Positions 52,723 through 64,000 of a stretch of 64,000 nucleotides of DNA are shown here, piece by piece. The DNA lies in assembly GCA_951406725.2 (NCBI GenBank), contig OX597819.1, positions 64,356,001 to 64,420,000 on the forward strand, given 5' to 3'. The stretch's first letter is position 1. The number at the start of each line of letters is the position of its first letter. Source of the stretch: Octopus vulgaris (taxonomy: Eukaryota). Under the pieces are notes generated by a model, which saw nothing but the letters and a program-made list of their open reading frames with translations, was not told the origin of the DNA and did not search any database. The position numbers and the translations under genes were made by a program.

Positions 52723-54666
52723 GCGGTGAAAGTTTGTAGTTGACAGGCGTTACTTTTGAAGTTGAGTCGTTGATGACGGCCGAGTCAATGCCGAGGATTT
52801 TTTATTAGATTTACGTGAGTTAATGCTGAAATATTTATTGAATTGTTGCCATTATTGTTCAAATTGTTACTATTGTTGATTCTGTAATTGTTGTTTTGTT
52901 CCCAACTGTGGGAAGATGGAGAAGGCAGAAGGAGGCCCAAGTTATGCGGACGTAACTGGCAAGGGAGGAGACGTACAAATGTTGGAGGTCCGCGAATTAC
53001 AAGTGCAACCTCGAAAGATGAAAGCGTGTGAAAATTTAATCAAAATGGAAGGAAGTACTCTAAAGCTGACGCCACCTGAGGAGTTATCCGCGAATGTGAC
53101 AAAAAGAACAGTGGTGTACAAAACCATGAAGGCAGCTACCAGAAAAATAGAGGTTGACACAACAGAGGCAATAGAAGAATGTATCAAAGATATAAAAATA
53201 TGCACAGCATTCGTAACAAGAGGAAAAAGATATGCCACTGTGGAGGTGCGCTTCGCAACGGTGGGGGAAGCAGTTAAATACTCTACGGAGGCTATACGGT
53301 CGGAGGAGTGGGTGTTCTTGCCTTCGTACGGTGTGGCCAGAGTGCGTGTGGGTAAGGTGCCACCCTAATTGAAGGCGGCATGGCTGATGACAGCCATAAC
53401 GTATAATATGAAAGAAGGAAAGATTTTGAAGGCCACGAGGACCCAGAAGGTCGGCTACTGTGTTTATGGAATTGAACTAAGTACACAGTGGAGGATTTGA
53501 ACAGTGTGGTGGATGATATTGTCCTCCAGAAGATGTGAGACTGAAAGTTACAGTGGAGGGTAGGCCGCCGATATATTTTTCATGTGGAGAAAAGGGCCAC
53601 ATGAAGGCATGATGCACCCAGAAAAAACAAGAAGCAGAGCAGGTGGAGATACAAGAGGGCGTGGACCAGGTGGAACAGGTCGAGACAAAGAAAAAAGAAA
53701 CAGAGGATGATTTTACTGTGGTAAAAAAGGAGGAACGGAGGGATATGTTCTCCGCCAGAGAAACAGAAAAAGAAGAGAGAAGAGATGAGAAAAAAAACTG
53801 TGAAGGAGGTCAGCAGGAAGGAAGACAAAAGGGTGACAGAGAAAGAAATTAAAAAGAAAGTGGAGTTACTAGTAAAAATACCAGTTGTTCCGATGGAAAA
53901 GTATTCGGAAATTCAACTGGCCGAAGAGGAGATGAAGAGACTATTTAGAGTGGAGGATGAAAAGAGAGAACAAAGAGTACAAAATAAAGGAAACCAAATA
54001 CAAGGAGGAAGTGGAGTATGGTATCACGTGACGTACCCAAAGAATGTAGAAACAGAGAAGAAGATAGCCAAGTTTAATCAAATAATAAGTATGAAAGTAC
54101 CATCATACATATAGGCAGAGGATATGAAGGCGATAGTGTTCAAAAAGGAAAATTACAAGAAACTGGAAGAAATGTGTGGAGATTGTATTGACCCACCAGG
54201 AGGGAGGGTGGAATTCAAAGAATTGCCACCAGTAGTGGATCTAATAGAATTTGAACCATTGACGAAGTGCTATCAAAATGTATGTTAAATTGACAGGAAA
54301 AAAAGAAAAGAAAAAAGAAAAAAGAAAACAAGAAAAAGGAGGAAAAAAAGAGTAAAGTGTTTTATGTTATTTAAAAAAAAAATATAAGAACAATTGTAGA
54401 TAATGTATATAACGGTTCAAATACTTGGAATGGTATGTAACACGATAATTAATTGTTATGTAGATACATGATAAAAATGGACAGTAATAAAAAAAGATTA
54501 ACGGTACTACTTGTGATGAGGGGCGCATGCAGCCATTCAAAACCTCATTGTTATATTATCACCTCATTAATATTCGTTTTGTGTATTGTCTCCTCTGTGG
54601 TGTCCTGTCTGTTCTTGTTTGTCCCGCTCTATGTTGGGCCTTTGTGGCTAATAGAGAAAAGAGTAG
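52723..54666 (+). mobile_element. gag/ORF1-only non-autonomous retroelement (Tx1/L1-like ORF1, HAL1-like), decayed
   Basis: ORF from 52916 with PSYADV and an RRM-like VEVRF segment; frameshifted VTVEGRPP..CGEKGHMKA*C knuckle near 53545-53620; K/E-rich tail. No RT before the 3' UTR. Confidence 0.65.
52916..54114 (+). pseudogene. ORF1/gag-like nucleic-acid-binding protein, fragmented
   Basis: ORF pieces 52916-53368, 53643-53852 and 53785-54114, plus a CCHC knuckle remnant. Confidence 0.6.
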
Positions 54667-54745
54667 AAGCAGAGAATAGAGTTGAGTAGTAGAGGCATCC
54701 GAACGTATGACATGACAATATATATATTGCTATGTATTGCAAGAA

Positions 54746-57700
54746 TACATAGCCTGCTGTGTGGCGCGACCGGGTGCTTGGCGGTATAACCAGGTGGGCA
54801 GACTGGGCTCGTTAGCCTTGGTTGGCAGCCAGTCTAGGAGAAGGAAAACTCTGACTCCAAACCCTCGCTCCGCTGCCTTGCGGATGCTCTTGGAAGAGGG
54901 AAAGGCTATGGGAGTAAACCCAGACAGAAAATCCGGAGTGGAGCCCCGAAGGCGGTAGGGTGTCGAATCTCGACTCTTTTCCGGCAACTCCTGCAGCCAA
55001 CCAGACTCCAAAGGTACTGCACTGCATTCCTTTGGATTATGTCTGTGGAGCCGAGAGGGAGATTCTGGTGTCTGGGCAGCCCAGTGTCTTCGTTCCTAGT
55101 TTCTCCAGGCTTGCGCCATGGAGAAACTACTCCATCGATGGAACAAGTTGAGATGGCAGTTACGAGTTTTAAGCCAGGGTGAATTGGCGTAATCCCGGGC
55201 GCTACGGGCCGTCTCTAACGGTGGGAGGGATCATTGAAGTCCCACTGGTCAGCCACCACCCGCCTTAAGCTGGGCAGCCCCCGGCCAATAATGGTGCTGA
55301 CCCGCCACAGACTGCCCGCTTCAATGGGTGCTTGGAGCTAGGACAAAATCTGAAAAGCAGACTGAAAACCCTGCACCAGCAAACAAAGGAAAAACAAATA
55401 CCCAGTCACCAGTCTTGCGACTGGCCACCTGGAATGTCAGGACCATGTGCTCTGGCATCATTGACGATTTACGACAGATGAACGACAGTAGGAAGACAGC
55501 AGTCATCAACACCGAATTGAAAAGGTTGAACATCGACATAGCGGCGCTGCAAGAGACCAGGCTCGCCGCCGACGGCATGCTACGGGAGAAGGGCTACACC
55601 TTCTACTGGCAGGGGAGACCCGTCGAGGAGGCCCGCCAGCATGGCGTGGGGTTTGCAGTGAGGAACAGCTTGCTCCCCATGGCGATCCCTCCTTCAAATG
55701 GCTCAGAGCGCATCCTCACTCTTGGCCTTTCAACATCAACGGGGAAGATAAACATAATTAGTGGTTATGCCCCAACACTCCACTCTCCTCAGGAAATAAG
55801 ACCGGTTCTATGAGGAGCTCGACGCCACCATCAGCCAGATACCAGGGTCGGAGCCCATCTTCCTTCTGGGCGACTTCAACGCAAGGGTGGGATCCGATCA
55901 TGGGGCATGGCCAGATTGCCTTGGACGCTTTGGCGTAGGGAAGATGAATGAGAATGGCCAGAGACTGTTGGAGCTTTGCTCTTACCGGAAACTCTGCGTT
56001 ACCAACACATTCTTCATGACTAAGCCACAACACCAGGTCTCATGGAGGCACCCAAGGTCCGGACACTGGCACCAACTGGACATGGTCATCACCCGGCGAG
56101 CCCACCTCGGCAGTGTGCTTCTCACACGCAGCTACCATGGTGCTGACTGTGATACAGACCACTCTCTGGTGTGCAGCAGGGTCCGACTGGCCCCAAAGAA
56201 AATCCGCCGTCCTGTAGGGAAAAGCCGCCCACGCATCAACACCGCCATGACAACCAACCCCGACCTCCGATCGGAATTCACCAACCGCATGGAGGAGGCC
56301 CTTAAAGATCACGCAGCCACGTCCATCGAGGAGAGATGGCAGCTTATTCGCGACACCACTTGCAGAATAGCCATGTCATCCCTAGGAAAGAGGGAGCGGA
56401 GAAATCAAGACTGGTTTGAAGCTCACCTGCCTGAGATGGAGCCTGTCATTGCTGCCAAGAGGGAAGCACTGGTCAACTATAAGCGCGACCCATCAGAAAA
56501 GAACCTGGCTACTCTGAGAACAGCCAGAAGCAACGCCCAGAGGACAGCCAGACGTTGCGCCAACATCTACTGGCAGAACTTATGCCAGAACATCCAGTGC
56601 TGTGCTGACAGTGGTAACGTGAAAGGGATGTACGAGGGGATGAAGAAAGCATTCGGGCCCCCTGTCAGCAAGGTTGCTCCACTGAAGTCCAGGGATGGCG
56701 AGGTCATCAAGGACCAAGCGAAGCAGATGGAGAGGTGGGTCGAGCATTACCAGAACCTCTACTTCACTGAGAATGTGGTCACCAGGTCTGCTCTCGCCGG
56801 CATTCCTGCTCTGCCTGTCATGGAGGAGCTTGAGCTGCCTCCAACAAAGGAAGAACTGAGCAAAGCAATTGACTCACTCGCTCGGGGCAAGGCACCAGGG
56901 CAAGACGGTATCCCCGCAGAAGTCATCCAGTGCGGGAAGCCAGCCCTTCTGGGCCATCTCCACGAGCTGCTCTGTCAGTGCTGGGAGGAGGGCTCTGTCC
57001 CTAAGGATATGCGTGACGCAAACATCATCACACTGTATAAAACAAAGGGGACAGAAGCGACTGTAATAATTACAGGGGCATATCACTGCTCAGTACTGTC
57101 GGTAAGGCATTTGCCAGGGTGATCCTGAAGAGGTTGCAAATGCTTGCAGAGCGTGTGTACCCCGAGTCTCAGTCTGGCTTTAGGGCAGAGAGGTCTACAA
57201 TCGACATGATCTTCTCACTCAGGCAGCTTCAAGAAAAGAGTCGAGAACAGAGACAGCCCCTATACGTGGCCTTCATCGACCTGGCTAAGGCGTTCGACTC
57301 AGTCAGCAGGGAGGGGCTGTTTGCGCTCCTGGGTAGGATAGGTTGCCCTCCCAGACTGCTGAAACACATCACCTCCTTTCACGACGGTATGCAGGGAACA
57401 GTGCAGTTTGACGGATCGCCCTCGGAGTCGTTCCCCATCCAGAGTGGAGTGAAACAGGGTTGCGTTCTGGCGCCGACGCTCTTCGGAATTTTCTTCTCCC
57501 TTGTCCTGTCCTATGCCTTCAGAACGACCGACGACGGAGTGTTCCTCCACACCAGGGCTGATGGTGGGTTGCTCAATCTTGCGCGCCTCAGAGCTAAGAC
57601 CAAAGTCCGTCAGGTGCTGATCAGAGAGATCCTCTTTGCTGACGATGCCGCCCTAACATCACACAACCAGCCGGGTCTCCAGAGGCTGGTCAGCTCCCTG

Positions 57701-58635
57701 ACGGATGCCTGGCAAGAGTTCGGCCTTACTATCGGCCTGAAAAAGACAGAGATCATGGGCCAGGAAGTCGGAGGGGTCCCCAGCATCAGTGTCGGCGACC
57801 ACAGCTTGCAGGTGGTGAACGAGTTCACTTACCTGGGATCGACGGTCTCCAGCAGCCTGTCCCTCGAGCCGGAGCTGAACAGACGGATTGGGAAGGCTGC
57901 TGCTGCCATGGCTAAGCTCTCCAGGAGAGTGTGGGAAAACAACATGCTCATAATAACCACCAAGATCGCAGTGTACCGAGCCTGCGTGCTGAGCACCCTA
58001 CTCTACGGCAGCGAGAGCTGGACAACATACACCCGGCAAGAATGCCGCCTCAGCGGCTTCCACATGCGGTGTCTTCGACGGATCCTTGGCATCTCCTGGA
58101 AGGACCGAGTACCAAACGGAGTCATCCTAGAACAGACTAATATGCCAAGCATGCATGTCCTCCTCGTGCGGAGACGACTGCGCTGGCTCGGACACGTCTG
58201 CCGCATGCAGGACGGTCGCATGCCTAAAGACATCCTGTACAGCGAACTCACCACGGGATCCCGACCCAAGGGACGTCCACAACTACGATACAGGGATGTG
58301 TGCAAGCGCGACCTGAGGACTGCCAACATCTGTGTGGACACGTGGGAGGTAACAGCTGCTGACCGCTCTGCCTGGCGTCGGACAGTGAGGAAAGGCGTTT
58401 CCATGGCTGAGGAAAGGAGAGCACAGCTGTGGTCGGACAGGCGGGACAGGAGGAGGACAACTGCAGCAACACCCCATACGTACCCATCGATGTTCGTGTG
58501 CAGCAACTGTACCAGGGACTGCCACTCTAGAATTGGACTGTTCAGTCACAGCAGACGCTGCTCATCATCAAAGTAGGCCCCACCCTTGGCGCGACCCATT
58601 GTCTAATCAAGACAGACGGGGGAAAGAGATAGAGA
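54746..58635 (+). mobile_element. full-length RTE-clade LINE retrotransposon
   Basis: 10-bp TSD attgcaagaa at 54736-54745 and 58636-58645; ~580-nt 5' UTR; single APE-RT ORF; short 3' UTR ending in an (AG)-rich tail; visibly GC-richer than its flanks. Confidence 0.95.
55328..58576 (+). CDS. RTE endonuclease/reverse transcriptase polyprotein, split by two frameshifts (near 55799 and 57040)
   Basis: APE motifs LATWNVRT, ALQETR, LGDFNARVG, HQLD, DTDH; RT motifs GKAPGQDGIP, YRGISLLS, QSGFR, FIDLAKAFDSV, GVKQGCVLAP, LFADD, FTYLGS; C-terminal CSNC..HSRRC zinc finger. No in-frame stops once the frames are joined. Confidence 0.93.
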
Positions 58636-59363
58636 ATTGCAAGAAACGACCAGTTTTCTTTCTCTAACATCTTACATAGTCCAAACAACACATGTTGCGG
58701 CATGGAAATCAAAATAGGAATTTTGAAACAAGTCTCTATAAAACTAGTTTTTAAATATCGAACTGCTATTGGGATCCACCAAAATAAAATAATAATCAAA
58801 GGGGTCCACAGGTAAAAAGTGCTTGAGTATCCTGTGTCTAAGAGGTGTAGTTGTCGTTAATGCAATCAAATACGGTATGCGAAACAATTCCTTCACATTA
58901 TCTGCAGATGGCCTAAAGAATATTTTCTTACTCATCTTCAAAATATTCACTCTGCAAATTTTACACAGAACATTCTGTCATGTCATATGTTCACAGGAAA
59001 TGTAAATATATAGAGACTTTTTAGTAATTAAATTACGTTAAATTTACTACGTTACATTAAACTAATAAATATTTGTTTAACATTTTCCAGATAAAAACAG
59101 AAATGTCTGGTGATTACAGAGTTTTAATAAACTAATTATGATCTTTCTCTATTTCAAATATAAAAGATCGACCAACAGCGATATATTTGGGGTATGTATG
59201 CGAGAAAATCTCAAATTCAACTGCTGAAAAATAAATACAAATCCAATTTTGTCAGTTCTATTTAACAAAATCATAATTTTTGAAAGAATAATTTACTAGT
59301 TATTATACATACAACTTGTATATTTGGCACGATTAAGTATTATCATTATTATTATTATTATTA

Positions 59364-59410
<47 letters not shown>

Positions 59411-59784
59411 TACACTATAATACATATCGGGAAAATTGAAATAAGTTGCGACAATATTTCATTTAGAATTGTATACGTAAGTCCTGTTATATAGGATTAT
59501 TAAATTTCTAGATTTTACAAAGATGGAGGATGTGAAATGTGCTAGGATAAGCAACTTGTATAATCACACAGACGCCATCACATATACACAGATACAGAAA
59601 ATAAGACAGCCACATACACACACACACACATATTCAAGGGAACATCTATTATATATATTCATATACTTAAATATACATATATATATATATTATATATATG
59701 TTAAATAAATGCACACACGCACACAAACACTCACATTGATATCTATACATATCTATACACACACGCACACATACACGCACACAT

Positions 59785-59843
<59 letters not shown>

Positions 59844-60448
59844 GAAGAGTGCATACATATATGTATGGGCGAATATGTGCATGTATAATATACATATATA
59901 CATAAGTATGTAACCAAAAAATACTACGTGTATGAATAAATATATCCTAATCATAGAGATTCCGCTGACCAAGAAAGACTAGACAGAGAGAATGGCAGAA
60001 GATTCGTGTAGATTTTAATTTACTCACTATTTACATATTCACAACATAGATGTAAACCATTTAAAAGCACTGCATTGAATCAAAATTCAATAGTTTGTGC
60101 CTGAATTAAGAATAGATTATAAATTTGTTCGTGACTGAATTCGTTAAATAATTCATCAGATTTGTACACATACGCACGCAAAAACACGCACAAACACGCA
60201 CATACACACACATACATACACACATACATACACACAGACACACACAGACACACACAAACACACACATACACACATACATGCACGCAAACATACACACGCA
60301 CGCACACACATGTATGTATGTATGAATATATTTATACATATCTAAAGATATATGCAAGCGTAAAATCTTATATACATTCTGATATATGTATGGTTATATC
60401 TACATTATATATCATATATAATATACAGCATATAATATAATTCATACA

Positions 60449-60509
<61 letters not shown>

Positions 60510-60526
60510 AGTTTATATATATGCAA

Positions 60527-60597
<71 letters not shown>

Positions 60598-61001
60598 AAT
60601 ATATATATATATGAATAGATATACTTATTTACGTACATATAAGTGTGTATAAATACGGTTACAGGCATGTTAGAAATTATTTGGAGATCGACAGTCAGAT
60701 AGTATGTGTGTAAGTATGTGCCCTTCTATAATTCTCTACAACGTGTAAGTATGCACAAACAGACACGCATACAGTCTTGTACACACAGACATACATTCAT
60801 ACATGCATACATACATACAGAGGTATATTTACAAACATATACATGCACACACAATACATACAGAGGTATGTATGTGTGTGTATATATATGTTTGTAAATA
60901 TACATTATTATCTATATAATTGTGTACATATATATGTGTCTGTACGTGTCTGTGTGTAATATATGTTTGATTACAGAAAGACCCAGATATGTACACACAC
61001 A

Positions 61002-61094
<93 letters not shown>

Positions 61095-61149
61095 TTATAT
61101 ATAATTGAATATATAACCTTGTACACACTAATATAAATATAAATATATC

Positions 61150-61184
<35 letters not shown>

Positions 61185-61239
61185 GTATATATAATTGAAT
61201 GTATAACCTTGTACACACTAATATAAATATAAATATATC

Positions 61240-61276
<37 letters not shown>

Positions 61277-61335
61277 GTATATATAATTGAATATATAACC
61301 TTGTACACACTAATATAAATATAAATATATCTGCA

Positions 61336-61345
<10 letters not shown>
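61095..61345. repeat. three-copy minisatellite with (TA)n spacer
   Basis: ataattgaat(a/g)tataaccttgtacacactaatataaatataaatatatctgc x3. Confidence 0.9.
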
Positions 61346-61393
<48 letters not shown>

Positions 61394-61988
61394 TATACAT
61401 AAATATAGGTATATTAGAGAGAGAGTGAGCGACTGAGAGAGAGAGAGAGAGAGACAGAGTGAGTGAGTTAGTGAGTGAGAGTGAGAGAGTAAAAGATAGA
61501 GTAAAAAAAAAAAAAGGTTTTATAAATTTCTCATATAATACGTGTTAATGGAGTAATTCACATAATGTGGAGAGGGAAATTTTCAGAATAAGTAACAATA
61601 CGTACATTCGAGATAGAAAGGTGAGAGCATAATATAGTGTCTGCGGTAGAGAAAAACCGGCAGGATGTGTGTATGAAGCGGGAAGGTGGAGGGGGAATTT
61701 TGAGCAAAGTATTGCGAAGGTAGTAGAAATTGACCCAGTGTCTCTTTGCGTTCGATATTCTCATGCAGAGAGTAGGAGTTAGAGACAGTAGATGAGGGTG
61801 TACTGCCGCGAATTTATATATATATTTATATATCTATATATATATATATATATATATTAAGGTATGTAGAAAAATACAACATGGACAAGAACGTATAACT
61901 CTTAGAAGACGATACAATAAACACGGACAGGACATTCGAAACCCTCAGTCTTCAGTCAAGAACCGGATCATCGTAGTAATTTCGGCTG

Positions 61989-62065
<77 letters not shown>

Positions 62066-62149
62066 GCGTATATATGTATATATATATATACATAAATATA
62101 TATGCATATATATATACATTTATATATACATATATATATATACACACAC

Positions 62150-62241
<92 letters not shown>

Positions 62242-62337
62242 GAGGGTTGTATATGTGTGTGCGTGTGTGTATGTGTACACATGATTTACCGGTACGCATG
62301 TATTGATATATATATATATACATACGTACATAAATAA

Positions 62338-62368
<31 letters not shown>

Positions 62369-62913
62369 CAGATGTAAAGGCATCCAGAGTTTCCAGTTAT
62401 ATGTACCGTTGTGTATATCAATCTGTAGGTCGTTTTGTGTTCGAATGAACTTGCTCTTGCATTAATAATATCTTATAATTTCTATATGATATTCAATAAG
62501 TTCGATAAATATTAATGGTGACTGAATTATCAAAATTTTACTCATATATGTTTGTAAATATACATTATTATCTATATAATTGTGTACATATATATGTATC
62601 CTCAATTCATGCAAACACATAAAATCATTGATACACGCATATATGTGTATATATACTTACATACATCCATATATAGGTGTAGACAGCCGAGCACTGGTAA
62701 AGTGTCGTTCTGTATGTTACTTTCTTATTTTCCATTTCGTTCGCTCGTTTTTGCGTATTGAACAAATTTATTTTCGTATTACATGTTGTTTTCTGTTGGT
62801 GACTTCCTGTACTCATATATGCATATGTGAGTGTCAGCATGGTCGCAGCTCTGAGCTGAAACTACAGAAAAAAAAATATATGTAGATATGTGTGTAGATA
62901 TGTGTGTACAAAA

Positions 62914-62951
62914 CTGTCCGAGGAACGGGAATGTGAAACTCCGAGTAGCAG
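62914..62951 (+). ncRNA. degenerate hammerhead-like motif at the start of a short Penelope-like terminus
   Basis: ctgt-CCGAGGA-acgggaatgt-GAAACTCCGAGTA-gcag; one core mismatch, stem I ctgt/gcag. Confidence 0.4.
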
Positions 62952-63270
62952 GTTTTGTAAAATTTCTGCTGCTTTTAAATAAAGCATATTACTCTACCTC
63001 TGGTATTTGAGTCCTCTTTTTTTCAACCTTGTTTCTCATTTATGTGTTTACTCTGGTATATATATATATATATATATACATTCCTGTCATAATATGAATA
63101 TACCTATTCCCACTCCTTTAGATTTTCCACGCCAGAAATTGTGTAAAATAGACACCTCTACAGAACCACTCACACGAAAAACAGGATGTGTCACACGCAT
63201 ACCAACTTCTGACAACTCGTCTGATACCTATCTCTATATTCTAATATATTCTGATACATTTATGGACATT

Positions 63271-63317
<47 letters not shown>

Positions 63318-63752
63318 ATATATTTCTGATATATATTCTGCTGGTGGTGGAGGAACCAGTGGTAGTAACTGCTGTTGAACTTATTAAATTTGTCGGTGTC
63401 AATGAGCCGCCGGAAGTAGGATGCTAGAAATTGCTATTTGGCTGGTGACAAGCCACCAGCCAAGAAACACAAGTATGGTAAGGGACAATGTGACATCAAC
63501 AACTACCACACTCTTCCAACTTTTTTATTTTCTTCTGAATATAATTTCGGCCACGTTCAGAAACCTTTTTAATATCCAAATTTTTATGCAAACTATGAGT
63601 AAATTGTACTATTTTACTTATTTTCTATACACTCTAAACGTCTGCATTCCTTGAAGGTTTCTTCAATCAACCATTGGTTAGAGATAAACAATTGCACTTT
63701 CTTTTGTATTTATACATACATTTAACTTCAAAAATACACCAACCCACACAAA

Positions 63753-63798
<46 letters not shown>

Positions 63799-64000
63799 TC
63801 TTACGATTTTACAATGGATTGTATACACACATACGAATATACACACCACACATGTCTGTTCATGTTAATGTCAATTTTGGATGCATATACTCTATGCATA
63901 TGTTCATCTATGTAAAATTATGAGTATATAAATCATGATGGTAAAAGGAAAAAAAACTTGTCTTATAGATTGTTTGCTGTTTTCATTTTTAATATATTGT

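Noticed and set aside
54746-55327. Possible HDV-like ribozyme in the RTE 5' UTR (known in some RTE elements)
   Set aside because: I could see local hairpins (ccgc-tgcctt-gcgg) but could not build the nested double pseudoknot by eye. An RNArobo/Infernal search is needed.
57299-58549. Antisense ORFs within the RTE element
   Set aside because: Expected by-product of a GC-rich coding strand; no recognisable motifs.
63340-63530. GC-richer stretch that might be a host exon
   Set aside because: No convincing splice-bounded open frame or recognisable protein motif.

Overview
AT-rich, microsatellite-dense eukaryotic DNA. The SINE families and the (TA)n/(CA)n/(TATC)n load suggest a cephalopod, probably Octopus (inference from recall, not verified). 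I found no host exon, rRNA, true tRNA or CRISPR array, and most ORFs in the track are microsatellite artefacts. The window is mainly transposable elements: one young full-length RTE-clade LINE (54746-58635, 10-bp TSD, two frameshifts), decayed Tx1/L1-, CR1-like and R4/Dong LINEs, a gag-only element, mariner and DD37D/maT transposons, MITEs, non-autonomous Helitrons and three tRNA-derived SINE families. The most notable system is a near-identical 563-bp x ~3.07 tandem array (44675-46403). Each unit carries a complete minimal type I hammerhead ribozyme with a palindromic helix III, an architecture like a retrozyme or tandem Penelope pLTR. Several foldback elements and solo relics elsewhere in the window carry related hammerhead motifs.
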